The translations under genes were made by a program, and so were the position numbers. From positions 256,001 to 320,000 of the forward strand of contig CAWJTV010000039.1 of the NCBI GenBank assembly GCA_963845755.1: a stretch of DNA of 64,000 nucleotides, given 5' to 3'. The notes beneath the pieces were generated by a model, which had not been told where the DNA came from, made no database searches, and saw nothing but the letters and a program-made list of their open reading frames with translations. Below, piece after piece: positions 10,033 through 20,600 of this stretch (within the stretch, counting starts at the first letter, position 1; the number at the start of each line of letters is the position of its first letter). Source of the stretch: an uncultured Planctomycetota bacterium. Its GTDB lineage: Bacteria > Planctomycetota > Planctomycetia > Isosphaerales > Isosphaeraceae.

Positions 10033-11263
10033 GGTGGTGTCCTATGGAATTTGAACGCAGTAAGTTCTTCGTGTATCATGGGTTCCTCGACATGACCCCA
10101 TTTGCTCTGGTCCCAGGATCATGGAGGCACTGCCATGGAGGATCTTTCCGGCTTCTGCTGCCAGCGTGCGGATTGCCCCGATTACGGCCTGCGTGGGCTC
10201 GGCAACCTGTCGGTCTGCGGCACCTACGGCCAGGGCCAGCCCATCCGCCAGCTCTACTGTCGCACTTGCAAGGCCCGTTTCTCCGAGCGCAAGGGTACGC
10301 CGCTGTACCGCTCCAGCTTGCCCCGGGAGACGACCATCTCGCTGATCGAACATCTCGCCGATCGCACCGGGGTGCGGGCCACCGCTCGACTCCTCGGTGT
10401 GCACCGCGACACGGTGGTACGTTACCGCCGAGTCCTGGGCGAGCACGCCCGGCAACTCCACGACGAGCTCGTGGCTTTTTCCCCCTCGGACGGAAGAGGT
10501 CCAGTTCGACGAGAAGTGGTCGTTCGTGTTCAAGAAGCAGGAGCACTGCGACCCGGGCAATCCGGCTGATGACCAGCATGGGGATTGGTGGGACCACACC
10601 GCCTACGATCCCGAGCACAAGCTGGTCCTTTGCGTCGTCCCCGGGGCGCGTGGGGCCGAGGAGGTCGAGGCCGTGGTCGCCGCGGCCAAGCAGCGGACAG
10701 GAGACCACCCCGTGAGGCTGATGACCAGCGACGACTACCCGGCGTACAAGGAGGCGATCCTGCGCATCTACGGGAGCGAGGTCACCGCGACGCCGACGGG
10801 CCGCGACAGCAAGCGGATGGTGCCTGAGAAGGTACCGCCGCCGGAGCTGACCTACGCCACGGTCGAGAAGCGGCGGCGGCGGGGTCGGGTGGTGGAGATC
10901 CTGGTCCATCTGATCTTCGGCACGCTGGCGGCGCTGGCCAAGGCGTTGCGGCTCTCGAAGGTGAGCCGACAGGTCAACGTCTCGTTCCTGGAGCGGTACA
11001 ACGCGACCGACCGGCACAAGAACGCCCGGAAGGTGCGGAAGACGTACACGTTCTCGAAGGATTGGCGGGTGCACGAGTCGATGACCTATTTTACGATGTA
11101 CAGCGATAACTTCTGCTGGCCTGTGAGGACGTTGGAATATCGGGACGACGATGGCCGGGTGCGAAAGAGGTCACCGGCGATGGCTGCCGGCCTGGCCGAC
11201 CACGTCTGGACGATGCGTGAGTGGATCACAATGCCATCTGTTCAAATTGCGTAGGACACCACC
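10033..11263 (+). mobile_element. IS1-family insertion sequence, copy 1 (1231 bp)
   Basis: 24-bp terminal IRs GGTGGTGTCCTATGGAATTTGAAC / GTTCAAATTGCGTAGGACACCACC (2 mismatches); 8-bp flanking direct repeat GAGATTCC. Confidence 0.93.
10135..11254 (+). CDS. IS1-family transposase (InsA-like Zn-finger/HTH ORF plus InsB-like DDE ORF joined at a T5C5 site, 10476-10485)
   Basis: CQRADC..CRTC and GVRATARLLGVHRDTV in ORF1; QFDEKW, MTSDDY, FLERYN and RSPAMAAGL in the +1 frame. The stop lies inside the right IR. Confidence 0.88.
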
Positions 11264-11431
11264 GAGATTCCGGATTCGAGATTCCGGATTCGAGATTCCG
11301 GATTCGAGATTCCGGATTCCGGATTTCAGACTCCAGATTCCTGAATCCTTCTTCATCCGGAATCCGGAATCTCGAATCCGGAATCCCTCTCTTAGGTGCG
11401 GCCGAAGGCCGCGTTAGGATAGGGTGTCGAG

Positions 11432-12256
11432 ATGCGAATCCTTGCCCTCGTGCTGACCGTGGTGTTGCTCGTCGCGGCGCCGTACGCGAAAGCCCAGGAC
11501 TCCAGGATCGGGGCGGGCAAGAAAGTGGTGTTCAAGGACCCGACCCATTGCCCCATCGCTGCCAGAAAAGAGCAGGGAACCGAGTCCGTCCCGGTGTTTA
11601 CTGTCAAGCGGGCCAATCGCGACATGCGGTTCCTCGTCGCCGGTCAGGCTGGCTTCTGGGTGCCGTCGCACGAAGTGCTCCTTCCCGAAGAACTGAGCGA
11701 CTACCTCGCGAAGCAAAGGCAGCTCAATTCCCCGCAGCAGAGACGTCCCAATCCCCGCGACGAAACGGCATACTTCGTACGGGCATTATTCCGCCTGGAG
11801 CAGAAGGACTACAATCACGCCATCGCCGACTTCGACGAAGTGCTCAAGCTCAACCCGAAGAACGTCCGGGCGTACTACAGTCGAGGCCAATGCTGGCAGC
11901 GCAAGCGAGAATTCGCCAAGGCGATCGCTGACTTCAACCATGCCGTTCAACTCAATCCCCGGTACTGGGGAGCCTACAACCACCGGGCGTGGATCTGGGC
12001 GACCTGCACCGATGCCACGGTCCGGGACGCATCAAAGGCCATCGAGTCGGCTCGCAGCGCCTGCGAGTTGACCTCGGAGTCAGGAAAGGCCAGTTGTCTG
12101 GCCACCTTGGCGGCGGCTTACGCTGAGGCAGGCAATTTCGCCCAGGCAGTGAAGGCCCAGACCGAGGCAAACGCCCGCTTCAAGACTGATGAGGTGCGCA
12201 AGAGAGGGCAGGCGCGGCTCAGCCTTTACCAGGCGAAAAAGCCTTATCGTGAGTGA
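11432..12256 (+). CDS. Secreted TPR-repeat protein
   Basis: Signal peptide (..PYAKA-Q); TPRs AIADFDEVLKLNP, AIADFNHAVQLNP, AYNHRAWIWAT. Confidence 0.85.
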   Translation: MRILALVLTVVLLVAAPYAKAQDSRIGAGKKVVFKDPTHCPIAARKEQGTESVPVFTVKRANRDMRFLVAGQAGFWVPSHEVLLPEELSDYLAKQRQLNSPQQRRPNPRDETAYFVRALFRLEQKDYNHAIADFDEVLKLNPKNVRAYYSRGQCWQRKREFAKAIADFNHAVQLNPRYWGAYNHRAWIWATCTDATVRDASKAIESARSACELTSESGKASCLATLAAAYAEAGNFAQAVKAQTEANARFKTDEVRKRGQARLSLYQAKKPYRE

Positions 12257-12411
12257 GCTCGCGGAACCGAAGTCTCGCGTGGCCGCGAGCGTACCGCGAA
12301 TAAAGTCGGTGTCAAGAAAGTGAGTCGCTGAAGAGGACCGATCGCCTCGCCCGGCGCCAGTTGGGGGAGGGAAGCTTCCTCCGACAGCGGAACGGTGCGG
12401 GTCCCCTGGTG

Positions 12412-13434
12412 TCAGTCCGTGTCGCGGGCGGCGAAGAGGGCATACCGGCCGTCGGGCGAGATGGCGAGGTCGACGATCGTCCGGCGGGGGGGCTGCTGGC
12501 CCACCGGCTTGGGGCGGGCGCCCTCGCCGGGCTGGATCGAATAAAGCGACGCGCCCGTCGCATCGGCGCCCGAGAAAAGGCAGCGGCGAACGGCGGTCGA
12601 GTAGACCGGGCAGGTCGGCTTGGGGTCGCGATCGTTCGCCCGTTTCCAGAGCACCTGCTTCACGCGGCCCCGGGACGGCGTGCGGATGTCGATCAGGGCG
12701 ATCTGATCGCCAGCGGTGGCCCCGATGATGGCCACGATCGTGCCGTCGTCGGCCCAACTCGGAATCGAGTAGATCTGATTGTCGGGGAGGTTGACGATGC
12801 CGCTCTTCTCTGGGTCGGCGTCCATGATCGTTAATTGCCGCGGCTCGCCGAAGGTGATGATCATCATGTGGCGCCCATCGGGGGACCACTTGGGGATGCC
12901 GTAGTCGCCGAGGTGTCGGCGCCCGGAGCCGTCGGCGTTCATCAGCCAGATGCCGGTCGGGACGCCCTCGGCATTCGACAGGAACGCGATGCGGTCGTCG
13001 GCCAGCGAGAAGGTCGGGCAATTGCCGGTGCCGAGGTCCGTCAGGCTCAACCGGCCCTCGACCAGCTCGATCGACTTCAGCCGCGACACGACCCACTGGT
13101 TCCCTGGCGTGGCGTCGTAGAGGATGCGACGGCCGTCGTGCGACCAGGCCGGCGTGCCGCAATAGGTCAGGCCAGGGGCGGGCTGGTCCGCGATGAGCGT
13201 CACTTCCCCGCTGTTCAGGTCCATCAGATGGAGCCCGAATCGGAGGGGGGCCGGCTTGGGCGGGACGGGATGCCGCTTGAGTTGCTCAACGAGCCGGCCG
13301 ACCGACTCGGCGGGGCCTGCCGGCCTCGTCGACGACGGCTTCTCCGCCCCTCGCTCCTGGGCGCTGGCCGGCCCCCACGCGATTGTCGCGATCGACAACA
13401 CGGAGACGGCTCCGATCATGGCCTTGACGCTCAT
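12412..13434 (-). CDS. Secreted TolB-like (PD40 repeat) beta-propeller protein
   Basis: Signal peptide; PAWSHDG, PTFS..D, PKWSPDG, ISPDG repeats. Confidence 0.85.
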   Translation of the reverse strand: MSVKAMIGAVSVLSIATIAWGPASAQERGAEKPSSTRPAGPAESVGRLVEQLKRHPVPPKPAPLRFGLHLMDLNSGEVTLIADQPAPGLTYCGTPAWSHDGRRILYDATPGNQWVVSRLKSIELVEGRLSLTDLGTGNCPTFSLADDRIAFLSNAEGVPTGIWLMNADGSGRRHLGDYGIPKWSPDGRHMMIITFGEPRQLTIMDADPEKSGIVNLPDNQIYSIPSWADDGTIVAIIGATAGDQIALIDIRTPSRGRVKQVLWKRANDRDPKPTCPVYSTAVRRCLFSGADATGASLYSIQPGEGARPKPVGQQPPRRTIVDLAISPDGRYALFAARDTD

Positions 13435-14010
13435 TGGGCTCCCATCCTTCGGTAAGGACTGTCCCGCGCCGACTCGAGTTGACGGACATGAGGATCTCTT
13501 TCAGACTAACTTAGGGAGGCTTCGTCGAGCCAGCAACCTAGCGGAGAATTCCCAGCCGCCGCCGACCTGGAGGCCGCGTCGCGGACCTTAACCCCGCGCT
13601 CATGGGGGGCACGCCGTCGCTGGGTATTAGCCTGCTTCGGTCGGATCGACCATAGCCATTCTCCCCAGTTGACCTGGGTCTCTTTCCATCGCCATTTTGG
13701 GGCCTTCAAGACTCAAATACCTGTGCTATTGCGATTAACGACTGCCTCCGGTCGCCAAACGTGTCAAGGACGGTTCAAAGGATGTCCTTGGGCTGCCACG
13801 GGTGCCCACGTCCTGCTCGGAGGCATGAACGACGGCCTGAGCACCACCCCGGTAAAAACCCTGGGTGCCGTCGGCAGTCTGGGGTCGGTCGGCAGTAAGG
13901 GCTCCCGACATCTCGTGCATTTCGTGTTCAATATCTCTATCTGCCCGGGTGTCGGAAGGCAGTCGGGGCTCTGCTGATGGTCAACGTGCGGGGAAAGTCT
14001 GGTGATTTCC

Positions 14011-14961
14011 ATGATCCGAAAGTATCGTCGCGAGCTGTCGGTGGCGGCGGCCTATACCGGCTTGCTCCTGGTCCTGGCGCTGGCCACGTGGAACAGGCCG
14101 GGGCCCGGCTTCTTCCACATCGACCAGATCCGTCCTTTGGTGGTGACCAATGCCTCGGTCCTGGTGACGGCGGTGGGAATGACGCTGGTGATCCTCTGCC
14201 GGCACATCGACATCTCGGTCGGCTCGATCTTCAGCATCTGCGCGGTCGTTGCCGGCCTCCTGTCGCGATCGGGGCTTCCGATCGTGCTGGTCGGCCTGGC
14301 GACGATCCTGGCCGGGGGCGGCATGGGGGCGATCAATGGGACGCTGGTGGCACGACTGGGACTGCCGTCGATCGTGGTGACCCTGGCCACGCTGACAATC
14401 GGCCGGGAGTCCCTGCGCTATGCCCTCGAGGGGCAGTTCATCGGCAACCTGCCGCCGTCGTTCCAGTGGTTCGGCGCAGGGCAGGCCGTCGGCCAGTGGG
14501 TGGTCGTGGGCATCGCGCTCCTGGTCTTCGCCGCGTTCGCCTGGGGCCTGAGGCACCTCGCGGCGGGGCGGGCCGTCTATGCGACCGGGTCGGACCTCGA
14601 AGCCGCACGGCTGGCCGGCATCCGCCATCAACGCGTCGTCTTCCTGGTCTTCGTCGTCATGGGCGGCCTGGCCGGCCTGGCCTCCTTGCTCAACGCCGCC
14701 CGCTTCCCGGCCGTGGATCCCAACGCCGGCACCGGCCTCGAGCTCCAGGTCATCGCCGCCGTCGTCGTGGGGGGCGTCGCCATCTCCGGCGGTCGTGGGA
14801 CCCTCTGGGGCACCCTGATCGGTGTCGCCCTGCTCGGCTCGATCGGGCCCGCCCTGGTCTTCCTCCACGCCAAACCCCAGTGGGAGAAGGCCATCCAGGG
14901 ACTAATCATCCTCCTTGCCGTCGCCTCGGATGCTTTCTATCGTGGGGATCGTGCGCAGTAG
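14011..14961 (+). CDS. Sugar ABC transporter permease (RbsC/RhaP-like)
   Basis: IDISVGS, GRAVYATG..EAARLAGI, LELQVIAAVVVGGVAISGGRG. Confidence 0.92.
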   Translation: MIRKYRRELSVAAAYTGLLLVLALATWNRPGPGFFHIDQIRPLVVTNASVLVTAVGMTLVILCRHIDISVGSIFSICAVVAGLLSRSGLPIVLVGLATILAGGGMGAINGTLVARLGLPSIVVTLATLTIGRESLRYALEGQFIGNLPPSFQWFGAGQAVGQWVVVGIALLVFAAFAWGLRHLAAGRAVYATGSDLEAARLAGIRHQRVVFLVFVVMGGLAGLASLLNAARFPAVDPNAGTGLELQVIAAVVVGGVAISGGRGTLWGTLIGVALLGSIGPALVFLHAKPQWEKAIQGLIILLAVASDAFYRGDRAQ

Positions 14962-15075
14962 GCAGTAGGCAGTAGGTAGTAGGCAGTAGGCGGCAGGCAG
15001 TGAAGATCGAGCGGCCACGACCAGGTTGACATGATGCTGCCTATCGCTTACTGCCCACTACCTACTACCTACTGC
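14955..15075. repeat. Heptamer (GCAGTAG)n / (CTACTGC)n inverted-array hairpin between the two permease genes
   Basis: Left arm 14955-15000, right arm 15037-15075; the first repeat supplies the TAG stop of the upstream gene. Confidence 0.85.
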
Positions 15076-15083
15076 TGGGAGGA

Positions 15084-17188
15084 ATGTACGTGACGACCGC
15101 CGCGATCGAGTTCGACGAGCCTCGCGCGAAATTCGAGCCCGCGCTGGCGATCCTGGCGGCGATCCTGGTCGTCGAGGTCGGGGTCTTCTCGGTGATCGGC
15201 ACGAATTTCCTCACGATGGCCAACGCTTTCGAGGTGCTGCGGCTGAGCGTCGAGATCGGCCTGCTGTCCGTGGCGCTGACGCCGGTGATCACCAGTGGGG
15301 GGATCGATCTCTCGGTCGGTTCGCTGATGGGGCTCTCGGCGGTGGTCTTCGGCGAGCTCTCGCGCGACCGGGGGTTCCCGATCGGGCTGGCGGCGGCGGC
15401 GACGCTGGTCGTGGGTGCGCTGGCGGGTGGCTTGAATGGTTTGTTGATCACGCGCGGGCGGATCCCGGCCTTGATCGTGACCCTCGGATCGTTCTCGTTG
15501 TTCCGCGGCCTGGCCGAGGGGTTGACCGAGGGCGTGGACAACTACACGAATTTCCCGGATTCGTTCCTGTTTCTGGGTCAAGGGTATTCGCTGGGCGGGG
15601 TCCCGACCCAACTCCCGATCTTCGTGGCGGTGGCGGCGGCGTTCTGGGTCTTGCTGCACCGGAGCACGATCGGCCGCGGCCTGGTGGCGATCGGCTTCTC
15701 GCCCGAGGGTGCCCGGTATGCGGGATTGCCGGTCAACCGGCTGGTCGGGCTGGTCTATGTGTTGTCGGGCCTGGTCGCGAGCCTGGCGGCGGTGATCTAC
15801 GTGTCCCACCTGGGTCAGGCGAAGGCCGACGCCGGCACCGGCTACGAGCTGGCGGCGATCACGGCGGTCGTGCTGGGGGGCACGTCGATCTTCGGCGGCC
15901 GGGGGAGTGTGCCGGGGACCTTGCTGGGACTCATGACGATCTCGGTGCTTCGCAACGGCCTGCTCCTGGCCGATCTCCCCGGGGAGCTGGCCGGTGTCTT
16001 GACGGGGACGTTGCTCCTGGTGGCGATCGGGCTGGACCATCACGGCAGGCGATCGCGCGCCCGCATCGTCGCGCGATCCGATCTATCTTCGGAGGTGATG
16101 ACTGTGAAGAATTCGCAAGTCGCCGTGATCTGTGGCGCGATCCTGGCCGGTGCCTTGATCAACGCCCTGGGCAACTTTCTCCTGGTCCGATCGCTCGTAC
16201 ACCGGGATGCGACGACCGGACCGGGTTGACCGGGCCCGGGCGTTGCGGGCGTCGAGTCCGAGGGTGGCCCGGTCCCAACTCGTGCCCCGCTGACGCTCGC
16301 CATGATGCCCAAGAGCAAGGGGAACGCCTATTTCGTGGCCTGTCGCAAGGGGGCGGAGGAGGCCGCGGCCCAGCTCGGGGTCAAGCTTATCTGGGACGGA
16401 CCGACCGACCCGGATCCGGCCCGGCAGAACGAGATCATCGACACCTGGATCACCCGCGGGGTGGACGTCATCGCGGTGGCCGTCGAGAACCGGCAGGGGA
16501 TCTCCTCGGTGCTGCGCAAGGCGCGCGAGCGGGGGATCAAGGTCCTCACCTGGGACGCCGACGCCGAGCCCGACTCCCGCGACTTCTTCGTCAACCAGGC
16601 CACGCCCGAGGGGATCGGCCGGACGCTCATGGATAACGCCGCGCGCGTCCTCGGCGGCAAAGGCGAGTTCGCCATCATCACCGCCTCGCTGACCGCGGCC
16701 AACATGATCGAGTGGCAGAAGTGCATCGAGGCGCGCCGGAAGGAGAAATACCCGCAGATCCGGATGGCCGCCCTGCGGCCCTGCGACGACCTCCAGAAGA
16801 AGGCGTTCGACGAGGCCAACACGGTCATGAGCGCCGAACCCGGCGTCAAGCTGTTCATGGCCATCTGCACGCCGGCCGTCCCCGGCTCGGCCGAGGCGGT
16901 CAAGCAGTCCGGCGCAAGGATGTCAAGGTCATCGGCCTGGGCTTGCCCAACGATAATCGCAGTTATGTTCACGAAGGCATCACCGACTGCGTCGTCTTGT
17001 GGAACACCATGGACCTCGGCTATCTGACCGTCCAGGCCGCCCGCGCCCTCCAGGATGGCGGGCTGCACCGCGGCGATACCCGCCTCAAGGCCGGCCGGCT
17101 CGGCTCGGTCGAGATCCAGGGCGACAATATTTTGCTCGGCCAGCCATTCCTGTTCACCAAGGAGAATATTGACAAATTTGACTTCTGA
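15084..17188 (+). CDS. Sugar ABC permease probably fused to a periplasmic sugar-binding domain (RhaQ+RhaS-like); frameshifts near 16225 and 16915
   Basis: Permease motifs (GGIDLSVGS, GYELAAITAVVLGG), an extra TM segment, then the binding domain (MMPKSKGNAYF, VLTWDADA, FFVNQAT, ..VVLWNTMDLGYL..FTKENIDKFDF) with no signal peptide of its own. Confidence 0.75.
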
Positions 17189-17696
17189 CGATTCCGACGG
17201 CTCCGGGCACATGAGCTGACGCAACCCCGGCCTGCCGGGGAAGGTGAGCCTGCCGAATTGCTCGATCGAGACCCCGCCGCCCTGAAGGAGCGGACGCAAC
17301 ATTTCCAGTTCATCCATCCGTGTGCAAAGATCGTAACGATCGCCTCGTCGCTGTCCAGGATGTCCGGCCGAATTCGGAACGGGACCTTATCATTCGGAGT
17401 CAGTCCTTGCGATGGGCGGTCTGTACGCCCGGATCGTCCATTGCCGCGAATGCGGTACCACGTTCTGCCGCGCCGCACATCCTAAATCCACAGGGAGTCG
17501 GTGCCAGCCGGCCACACGTGCCATTCTCGCGACGAGCACGGCGTCCTGCAAGGTAAGTCAGAGCTTCGCGATCGGTCCCCGGATCCCGAGCGGGATCGGC
17601 CACGCCTGCCACCCCAATGATGATTGATCGGAACTCCAGCGGTAAACTGGGGTGAAGTTCCGCGTTTCCGCGGTCCAAGGACCAGGAGAATTCATC

Positions 17697-20600
17697 ATGC
17701 TCGTCGTACTTCGATCGGTCGTTCCGGGAGTGGCCATGCTCGGGCTTGTCTGGGCGGCATCCGCCCTGACGGCGCCGGCCCGCGCGGAGCAGGGGGGAGC
17801 CCCCGCGCCGGCGGGGGCCGGCGGCCTGACCCCGAGTTACCTGCGCACGGAATACCGCACCGATCCCCTGGGCCTGGACGTCAAGTCGCCGCGCCTGAGC
17901 TGGATCGTCGAATCGTCGGGCCGCGGACAGTTGCAGACCGCCTATCAGGTACTGGTCGCCGGAGATGTCGAGACCCTGGGCCGCGACCAGGGAGACCTCT
18001 GGGAGAGCGGCCGGGTCGAGAGCGATGCGACCGCGGCGATCGTCTATGCCGGCAAGGCGCTCCGGTCGCACCAGCCGTGCTTCTGGAAGGTCCGGGTCTG
18101 GGACAAGGACGGCCGACCCTCGGCCTGGAGCCAGCCCGCGAACTGGACCATGGGACTGCTCGAGCCGTCGGATTGGGCCAAGGCGGAGTGGATCGGCTAT
18201 GACAAGTCCCGGCAGGTCGAGCTGCCGGACGCCCCGCTCGACGGGGCCAAGTGGATCTGGCATGCCGGCGACAAGGGCGCCAGCAAGCCCCAGGGCCATC
18301 GCCTGTTCGTCACGACCTCGCGGTTGCCCGATGCGGCCAAGTTCGAGAAGGCCGAGCTGGTCGCGACCGCCGACGACTTCTTCCGGTTCACGATCAATGG
18401 CCATCTCGTCATCGACGGCCAGCCCGGTACGGGGGGTTGGGACCACCCGAAGTCCGCCGACGTTACCGCTCAGCTCAAGCCCGGGGCGGAGAACTCGATC
18501 CGCGTCGAGGTCAATAACGCCGCGGTAAGCCCGGCGGGCCTGCTCGCCAAGCTGACCGTCTCGATGGCCGGCGGCAAGACCATCACGCTGGTGACCGACG
18601 GAAGCTGGAAGACCACCGACAACCCCGGCGCCAACTGGCACGACCGGCCGCTCGACACGCAGAGCTGGCCGGCGGCCGAGGTTCTCGGTGACTACGGCAT
18701 GGCGCCGTGGGGCAAGCTCAAGTTCGCCCATTTGATCCTTCCACCGCCGTCGTATCTTCGCACGAGCTTCCACGTCGCGAAGCCGATTCGACGCGCGACC
18801 TTGTATGCCACGGCGCTGGGGATCTTCGACGTCCATCTGAACGGCCGACGCGTCAGCGACGACGCGTTCAACCCCGGCTGGACGGATTACACCCGGCGCG
18901 TCTATTACCGCGCCCATGACGTGACGAAACTGATGCGCGACGGCGAGAACGCCCTGGGTGCGATCCTCGCCGACGGCTGGTACAGCGGCTATGTCGGCTT
19001 CGGCAAAAAGCGCGATCATTATGGGACCAAGCCGAGGTTCCGCACGCTCTTGCACCTCGAGCTGGCCGATGGGACGACCGCCGATATCGTGACGGGACCC
19101 ACATGGAAGGCGTCGACCGGCCCGATCCTCGAGGCCGACTTCCTCATGGGCGAGACCTACGACGTGCGCAAGGTGTTGACCGGCTGGGACGCGCCGAGAT
19201 TCGTCGACGACGGATGGGGCACGGTCGATCGCGGTGCCGAGGTCCAGCCGGTCATCCAGTGGCATCCCGGCCCGCCGGTGCGTGCGTTTGCCGAGCTCAA
19301 GCCGAAGTCGATCGCCGAGCCCAAACCCGGTACGTTCGTCTTCGACCTGGGACAGAACTTCGCGGGAATCGCCCGGCTCAAGGCCGACGGCGAATCCGGC
19401 CGGGCGATCACGCTACGGTTCGCCGAGCGGCTCAACCCGGACGGGACCATCTACACGACCAACCTCCGCGAGGCTCGCGTCACGGATACCTATATCTGCA
19501 ATGGCCAAGGGGAAGAGACGTGGGAGCCTCGGTTCACCTTCCACGGGTTCCAGTACCTGGAGGTGACCGGGCTGAAGTCTCGGCCGACGGCGGAGACGAT
19601 CACGGGGATTGCCCTGTCGAGCGACACGCCCGTGGTGGGCTCGTTCGCCTGTTCCGACGCGATGCTGAATCAGCTCTTCCGCAACATCTACTGGACGCAG
19701 CGGGCGAACTTCATCGACATCCCGACGGACTGTCCCCAGCGCGACGAGCGACTGGGCTGGACCGGGGACGCGCAGGTCTACATCGGCACGGCGGCCCTGA
19801 TCTGCGACGTCCAGGCGTTCTTCACCAAGTGGCTGGTGGACCTGACCGACGGCCAGCGCACCGACGGCCAGTTCCCGATGGTCGCGCCGGTGAAGGTGGC
19901 CGGCGACGACGGCGGCCCCGCCTGGGCCGACGCCGGGGTCATCTGTCCCTGGACAATCTTCCAGGTCTACGGCGACCGCCGGCTGCTGGAGCGGCAGTAT
20001 CCCGCGATGGTCAAGTTCGTCGAGTTCTGCCGCAAGCGGAGCACGCCCGAGATGCTGCCGCCCCGGCAATTCCACTGCTTCGGCGACTGGCTGAGCATCA
20101 ACGCCGACACGCCCAAGGACGTCATCTACACCGCTTACTTCGCCCACAGCACCCTGCTGACGGCCCACGCCGCCGCCGCGCTGGGGAAGACGGACGACGC
20201 GGTCAAGTACTGGGAACTGTTTCACAAGATCAAGTCGGCATTTATCCGGACTTATGTCGGCCCCGACGGCCGGATCAAGGGGAACACGCAGGCCAGCTAC
20301 GTCCTGGCGATCGCCATGGACCTGGTCACTCCCCGGGACATCAAGCCGGTCTTGCCCGACCCGTCCGACGGCAAGAACTTCGAGCACGTGGCACAATACC
20401 TCGTCGAGGACATCGAGAAGCGCGGCAATCACCTCTCGACCGGCTTCATCGGCACGAAATCGCTGATGCATGCGCTCTCGATGACCGGCCGCCAGGACGT
20501 GGCGTTCCGCCTGCTGCACAACGATACGTTCCCTTCCTGGGGCTTCTCGATCAAGCAGGGGGCGACCAGCATCTGGGAGCGCTGGGACGGCTGGACGCCC

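Larger units (their letters stand above)
9753..11417. repeat. Two tandem copies of a TAG-bounded composite hairpin element (heptamer arrays GATTCCG/GATTCGA); second copy interrupted by IS1
   Basis: Unit 1 is 9753-9910 and unit 2 is 9911-11414. Both start TAGCGTCGTCYTCCGTAGG, contain direct then inverted heptamer arrays, and end TGCGGCCGAAGGCCGCGT-TAG. Confidence 0.8.

Noticed and set aside
9797..11387. Heptamer arrays as a CRISPR array
   Set aside because: Units are 7/14 bp and contiguous, with no unique spacers and no cas genes.
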